NCBI GenBank assembly: GCA_020348925.1
Contig: CP070758.1
Span: 1,196,469-1,260,468, forward strand
DNA: 64,000 nucleotides
Direction: 5' to 3'
Source of the DNA: Gemmatimonadota bacterium
Lineage (GTDB): Bacteria; JBHIER01; G020348925
Under the pieces are notes generated by a model. The model was not told the origin of the DNA. It saw only the letters and a list, made by a program, of their open reading frames with translations, and ran no database searches. Shown here one piece after another: positions 58,963 to 64,000 of this stretch; position 1 is the stretch's first letter, and every line of letters begins with the position of its first letter. The position numbers were made by a program, and so were the translations under genes.

Positions 58963-61353
58963 ATGTTCATGAGAAGAAAATCCTTTCTGAGGAGATCGTG
59001 TGTATTGAGTTTTATTGTTACTCTTCTTTTCCATGGCATTATCCATGCCGGAGTCAAGCATGTTATCGTTTTGATTTCCGACGGATGGGGTTACAATCAG
59101 ATTGCGGCCACTCGGTACTGGACCGGAATAGCAAGAGAGTATGAATCCTGGGATGTTGTTTACCCAATGAGTACATACATGTGGTTGGGGAATTATGACA
59201 CGAATCAAGCCTGGAGCGACTTCAACTATGTTCTTTCCCGTTACACGGACTCCGCAGCGGCTGCTACGGCTATGTCGACGGGTGTAAAGACGTATCAAGG
59301 TGCGATCTGTTTCGATTCGAGAATGCAGCCATTGGAGAACCTTATTGAGCGGGCGGAGATGCTTGGTCTGGCAACGGGTGTGATCACCAGTGTGGAATGG
59401 TCTCATGCAACTCCGGCAGGCTTTGTTGCCCATAATCGTTCCCGGAATAACTATGATCAGATTGCCAGGGAAATGGTGTACGAGAGCGCTGTCGATGTGA
59501 TTATGGGAGCAGGTCATCCGATGTATGGGAATGAGGGTGAGCCTGTACCAAGTCCCCAGAGCGGGGGAATCAACTACGGCTATGTCGGAGGTGAAGCGAC
59601 GTGGGATGAACTTGTTGCAGGAACAGCCGGCGGTGATGCCGATGGCGACGGAATCGATGATCCCTGGACCCTGATCCAGACGCGGGAGGAGTTCCAGGCT
59701 CTGGCACACGGTGATACACCGGACCGTGTTCTTGGCACGGCCCAGACACGTTTGACATTGCAGCAGGCACGACCGGGCGGTCCGGGCCGAAACGATCCCC
59801 AGCCTCCGTATACTGAAGCCTTCATCTCGACCGTTCCAACCCTGGAAGAGATGACGAGAGCTGCTTTAAATGTGCTTGATAACGATCCTGACGGTTTTTT
59901 CCTGATGATCGAGGGTGGCGCCGTCGATTGGGCCAACCATGCCAACCAGCTCGGTCGTATGATCGAGGAGCAGGTCGATTTTGACAATGCCTTCGAGGTG
60001 GTGATTGAATGGGTGGAGGCGAACAGTGATTGGGAGGAGACGTTGGTGATAGTCACCGGAGACCACGAATGTGGCTACCTCTGGGGACCAAACTCAGGTT
60101 CGCCAGCAACCTTCAATCCTATCGTAGATAACGGTACCGGCGTTATGCCGGGCTACAGATATTACTCAGGATACCACACAAATTCCCTGATTCCACTGTT
60201 TGCCCAAGGTTTCGGCAGCGAGCGCTTCGAGGCGTATGCGATAAATGATGATATTCAACGAGGCCCTTACATCGATAACACCAATATCGCCCATGTCATC
60301 TTTGGTCTGTACGATGAATCTGCTGTTGTATACACATCGCAATCCTGCGCTGCACCGGGGAGTATCACCACGGTTTTCGTCAATGTTGATAATCAAACCC
60401 GAATAGAAGTTCCAATAGATAGTGTCTCGATTGAATTGGGATTTGATGAGGACCTTTTGACTCCCATCGAGGTCGAGGCAACAGCAAGGACAATCAATTT
60501 CAGTGAATTCGGTTGGGATGTCCCGAATCCTGGTTTATTGACCCTTCGTATTTCCGGGAACAGGATTGAATGTGGGGTCGGACCCGTAGCCGAGGTGCAG
60601 TTCGCTGTGGATGATGAGGCACCTTCTGGTGAAAGTACTCAGCTTTTTTTTCGGGAAGTTGACTTTATGAGTGCTCAGGATGGGGAACTTCTGGTGTTGA
60701 GTGAAGATGGAACGATCTTCTTCGGGGAATTTGGGAGAGGGGATGTCAGCTCCGATTGTGCCGTTGATATTTTGGATGTATTGGGTGTTGTGAATATTAT
60801 CCTGGGAGTGGGAGATCCACCGACTGAGGATCAATTATGGGCTGGGGATTGTAACGGAGATGGGAATGTCGACGTCTTGGATGCTCTCGGTATTGTGAAT
60901 GTTATTCTGGGGAGTGGTCAGTGCGAACCCGGCGCCGGTCGATCCGGGATTACCCCGGAAGTGATTGCGTTCCTGAATTCGCTGAAGCCTTATCTGCCTG
61001 TTGAAGACTTTGTCAGGTTTATGGCTCTGGTCAAGGAAGTACAGATGCCGATCGAGTACAGGCTCAATCAGAATTATCCCAATCCCTTCAATCCCGCTAC
61101 CACCATCCACTACACTCTTCCAGACGCAGGACACAGGACACAAGACGCAGGACAAGAAATTTCACTCAAAATTTACAATATATTGGGACAAGAAGTGAGA
61201 ACACTGGTCAATGGTATTCAGAACCCTGGTTCTTGTGAGGTGTCCTGGGACGGGAGGGATGCGTTGGGCAAGAGTGCACCCAGTGGGGTCTATTTCTATC
61301 GACTTTCAACGGGTGAATTCACAGCAACGAAACGGATGGTATTGATGAAATAG
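58963..61353 (+). CDS. PhoA-type alkaline phosphatase fused to cohesin-like, dockerin and T9SS/FlgD-type CTD
   Basis: ISDGWG, YTDSAAAATA (catalytic Ser), HATPAG, MIEGGAVDWANH, TGDHECG; 'GDVSSDCAVDILD...GDCNGDGNVDVLD'; QNYPNPFNP. Confidence 0.92.
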   Translation: MFMRRKSFLRRSCVLSFIVTLLFHGIIHAGVKHVIVLISDGWGYNQIAATRYWTGIAREYESWDVVYPMSTYMWLGNYDTNQAWSDFNYVLSRYTDSAAAATAMSTGVKTYQGAICFDSRMQPLENLIERAEMLGLATGVITSVEWSHATPAGFVAHNRSRNNYDQIAREMVYESAVDVIMGAGHPMYGNEGEPVPSPQSGGINYGYVGGEATWDELVAGTAGGDADGDGIDDPWTLIQTREEFQALAHGDTPDRVLGTAQTRLTLQQARPGGPGRNDPQPPYTEAFISTVPTLEEMTRAALNVLDNDPDGFFLMIEGGAVDWANHANQLGRMIEEQVDFDNAFEVVIEWVEANSDWEETLVIVTGDHECGYLWGPNSGSPATFNPIVDNGTGVMPGYRYYSGYHTNSLIPLFAQGFGSERFEAYAINDDIQRGPYIDNTNIAHVIFGLYDESAVVYTSQSCAAPGSITTVFVNVDNQTRIEVPIDSVSIELGFDEDLLTPIEVEATARTINFSEFGWDVPNPGLLTLRISGNRIECGVGPVAEVQFAVDDEAPSGESTQLFFREVDFMSAQDGELLVLSEDGTIFFGEFGRGDVSSDCAVDILDVLGVVNIILGVGDPPTEDQLWAGDCNGDGNVDVLDALGIVNVILGSGQCEPGAGRSGITPEVIAFLNSLKPYLPVEDFVRFMALVKEVQMPIEYRLNQNYPNPFNPATTIHYTLPDAGHRTQDAGQEISLKIYNILGQEVRTLVNGIQNPGSCEVSWDGRDALGKSAPSGVYFYRLSTGEFTATKRMVLMK

Positions 61354-61429
61354 ACTTCGATATATTAGGAAGAAATGTCCGGGAGGTTTCTCGAAACTGA
61401 AGTATGAAGGTTCTAATCGAGGAGGTCTC

Positions 61430-63151
61430 ATGAAAAAGCGAGTTTTCCATACAGGCTTGGTAGTTCTACTCATTGGCTTCGCGGTCTCCGTGTCGGCCCA
61501 AATAGTGAGTGCCCAAACAGAAAGAGGGGATGTAAATGGTGATGGAGCAATCAATGTTCTGGACGCTATCCAGACAGTGAATATTGTTCTGGGAACGTCA
61601 CCACCACCGAGTAACGAGGAACTCTGGGCAGCAGATTGCAATGGTGACGGATTGGCGAATGTACTTGACGTTCTGGGTATAGTCAATGTTGTTCTGGAGA
61701 CCAGCACGTGTGTTTCCTCATGTGAGGAGTTGGACTGCGACGACGGGAATCCGTGTACTGAGGATTACTGTGATTCATTACTCGTTCAGTGTCAACATGA
61801 CCCACATGATCCTGGAACACCATGCGATGATGATGATCCTTGTACCGAAAACGATGTGTGCGATAATGGAATCTGTCGGGGGATACCGAAAGACTGCGAA
61901 GAGGGTGACCTGTGCACGGAAGATTTTTGTGAATCGAATACCGGTGAATGCAGACACACTCCGAGAGACTGCAATGACGGCGACCCGTGTACGGATGATT
62001 CCTGTAATCCTTTAACTGGTGGGTGTGAGCACATCAATACCTTCGATCCATGTGAAGAGGGCGATGCCTGTATTGCCATAACGAATGGTTTTTTAATCGA
62101 CGGTACAGGTGCAGGGCCGATAGCAAATGCGATCATTATCATTGAGGGTGAGTATATTAAGTACGTAGGAACAGGATCGAGCTTGGAGATACCTGCCGGG
62201 ACAGAGATAATTGACGTTCAGGGATCGTATATATTGCCGGGATTCATGAATACTCACGTCCATAGAGGATATGTTGAAAATAACCTCAGGGAGTGGGCGA
62301 GATCCGGAGTCACAACAGTGCGCGATGTGGGTAATTCCGTCAATACTCCTGAAGAAGCTTTTACCATACGAGATGCGCTTCTCGAAGACAATAGAAATGC
62401 CCGGCTTGTCGCCGCAGGACCGATTGTAACGACTGTGGGCGGCTATGGAAGTTATCCGGTTACATCACCGGATGATGCCGAAGAAGTAATAAATTGGCTG
62501 ATAGATGTCGGAGCTGATATCATTAAGATTGCCATCGAGGATAATCTCCAGGGTCGGACATGGCCTATGCTCTCTATGGAGGAAATTACGAGGGTCGTTG
62601 ATACCGCACATAGCAGAGGGAAACTGGTCACTGCTCATATAAGCCGATCTCATCAACTTGATATGGCCATTCAAGGCGGAGTGGACGATGTCAATCACAT
62701 GGTTATCAATTACGTGCCTGATGAGCTCATTACGTCTATGATTGAGGATGATATGTATTGGGTACCGACGCTTGAACTCTGGGACGGCGTGAGCCAGATG
62801 TACAACTTGAATTGGGATACCGTAGCGAAGAATAATCTTCGGCGTTTTGTTCAGGCAGGAGGTAAAGTCGCTTTGGGTACTGACTATGATGGATATACAA
62901 CTCCGTTTGATTTGGGTATGCCGATTACCGAAATTCAATTGATGACTGAAGCGGGAATGACACCCATTCAGATCATTGTTGCTGGGACGAAGCATGCTGC
63001 TCATGTTTGTGATCTTGAAGATGAATTGGGAACCATTGGGCCGTGCAAGATTGCCGATATACTTATAGTGAACGGTAATCCTCTTGAGGACCTGGAATAT
63101 CTGTTGGATGTCCGAATAGTAATTCACAATGGGGAGATTATTAGAAATTAG
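61430..63151 (+). CDS. Secreted dockerin, Cys-rich CDDGxPCT repeats and metal-dependent amidohydrolase
   Basis: Signal peptide; GDVNGDGAINVLD...ADCNGDGLANVLD; PGFMNTHVH, GVTTVRDVG, ADIIKI, ALGTD, GNPLEDL. Confidence 0.9.
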   Translation: MKKRVFHTGLVVLLIGFAVSVSAQIVSAQTERGDVNGDGAINVLDAIQTVNIVLGTSPPPSNEELWAADCNGDGLANVLDVLGIVNVVLETSTCVSSCEELDCDDGNPCTEDYCDSLLVQCQHDPHDPGTPCDDDDPCTENDVCDNGICRGIPKDCEEGDLCTEDFCESNTGECRHTPRDCNDGDPCTDDSCNPLTGGCEHINTFDPCEEGDACIAITNGFLIDGTGAGPIANAIIIIEGEYIKYVGTGSSLEIPAGTEIIDVQGSYILPGFMNTHVHRGYVENNLREWARSGVTTVRDVGNSVNTPEEAFTIRDALLEDNRNARLVAAGPIVTTVGGYGSYPVTSPDDAEEVINWLIDVGADIIKIAIEDNLQGRTWPMLSMEEITRVVDTAHSRGKLVTAHISRSHQLDMAIQGGVDDVNHMVINYVPDELITSMIEDDMYWVPTLELWDGVSQMYNLNWDTVAKNNLRRFVQAGGKVALGTDYDGYTTPFDLGMPITEIQLMTEAGMTPIQIIVAGTKHAAHVCDLEDELGTIGPCKIADILIVNGNPLEDLEYLLDVRIVIHNGEIIRN

Positions 63152-63711
63152 AGAATAATACAATTGGTTGGACAATTACGAATGGTTGCGGTTACTTGAA
63201 AATATCCAGAGATATGCCTGTTGTGAGATGCTCTGGGTGCAACTTCGACATCTGGAGAATGGAGATGAATCAGAAAAAAGGTGCTACGATTCTCAATCCC
63301 ACCGTTTTTCTTTTAGCCGGAACGTTGGTTGTTTTGACGATATTCCTGTCTTTGGAAGCAGTGGCCCAGAGTATTCAGTCATCAACCGAGTAACCGAGGG
63401 GGCTTATAGATAAGGAAATTTCCAAAAGAGCGCTGACTTTTATGCGCTTACCATTCAGTCGGTTGTCGATATCCTAACACCCACTATAATGCAGTTTGAA
63501 GCTTTGCGTTTTCTGGTTAAAAGAGAATCTAATTGGGATTACTCCAAAACAGACTGAGGTTGTGAGGAAGTTAAAGAGGAAACGAAATAAGTATGGTGTC
63601 CATCTATTCCACGCTATTACCTGATAGACGGTAATATGGCTGAACTGAGAAGACACCAAGCAGACAGTCCGGTTCTGTGAGGTCCATTAGCGACCAAAGG
63701 AGGCTGAAAAA

Positions 63712-64000
63712 ATGTTTACTCGACACAAACGTATTTTACTGTTATGCGGCGTCCTTCTTCTTGTGGGAGGTTTCATCCAAATCGTTTGGAATTCTGTCTC
63801 AACTCCTGGTGTGCACTCCTCACCCTTTGCCTGCACGAGCTTTGCTGTTTACGCCGAAAGAACACTCTACGGGATGAATTTCGATTATTCCGATGTTGCA
63901 GTTAGATTTACAATTCGTTCAAAAGGAGACCTGAAGGTTTTTCAGATGGAGTTCCAGCAGGAAGATATTTTTCTACCGACCGTTGGCATGAACAGTGAAG
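63712..64000 (+). CDS. Ntn-hydrolase (choloylglycine hydrolase/linear amide C-N hydrolase-like), 3' end outside window
   Basis: Not in the ORF track. AAGGAGG SD, hydrophobic leader, then A|CTSFAVY...YGMNFDY...VGMNSE (N-terminal nucleophile Cys and GMNxxG-type motif). Confidence 0.75.
   Translation, partial: MFTRHKRILLLCGVLLLVGGFIQIVWNSVSTPGVHSSPFACTSFAVYAERTLYGMNFDYSDVAVRFTIRSKGDLKVFQMEFQQEDIFLPTVGMNSE

Noticed and set aside
63480-63660. Possible TlpA/thioredoxin remnant ('SIPRYYLIDGN')
   Set aside because: Too short and frameshifted to support
1-64000. tRNA, rRNA, DGR reverse transcriptase or template repeat, prophage genes
   Set aside because: None recognised by eye; a covariance-model or HMM scan would be needed to exclude them

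Overview
Seven pieces of a draft or metagenome-assembled bacterial genome joined by six 100-N spacers (3694-3793, 33698-33797, 36385-36484, 46046-46145, 49272-49371, 54749-54848), so adjacency across gaps is unproven. Many proteins end in the 'QNYPNPFNP...SGVYFYRL...TKRMVLMK' sorting domain, which points to an FCB-superphylum lineage (inference). Contents: (1) housekeeping genes prmC, truncated prfA, partial nadE and a SpoIIE/PP2C phosphatase; (2) a ~16 kb minus-strand cluster in which pentose-phosphate genes (ROK kinase, tkt, pgi, rpiA, rpe, gnd, zwf, pgl) are interleaved with an ArsS-type radical SAM module (two associated glycosyltransferases, DedA protein, flavoprotein disulfide reductase) and an ECF sigma/zinc anti-sigma pair; (3) many secreted modular proteins with cohesin-like and Cys-containing dockerin-like domains, including two tandem C25 peptidases, an alkaline phosphatase, an amidohydrolase and non-catalytic scaffold-like proteins, with no glycoside hydrolases; (4) a Fib_succ_major (FISUMP) gene with the cis signatures of a diversity-generating retroelement target; (5) a RAYT HUH transposase with outward-facing terminal repeats, IS remnants and REP-like palindromes. 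The best candidate for an undescribed system is a non-cellulolytic, cellulosome-like surface complex that may include a hypervariable binding subunit. Domain calls are by motif recognition only; no searches were run.
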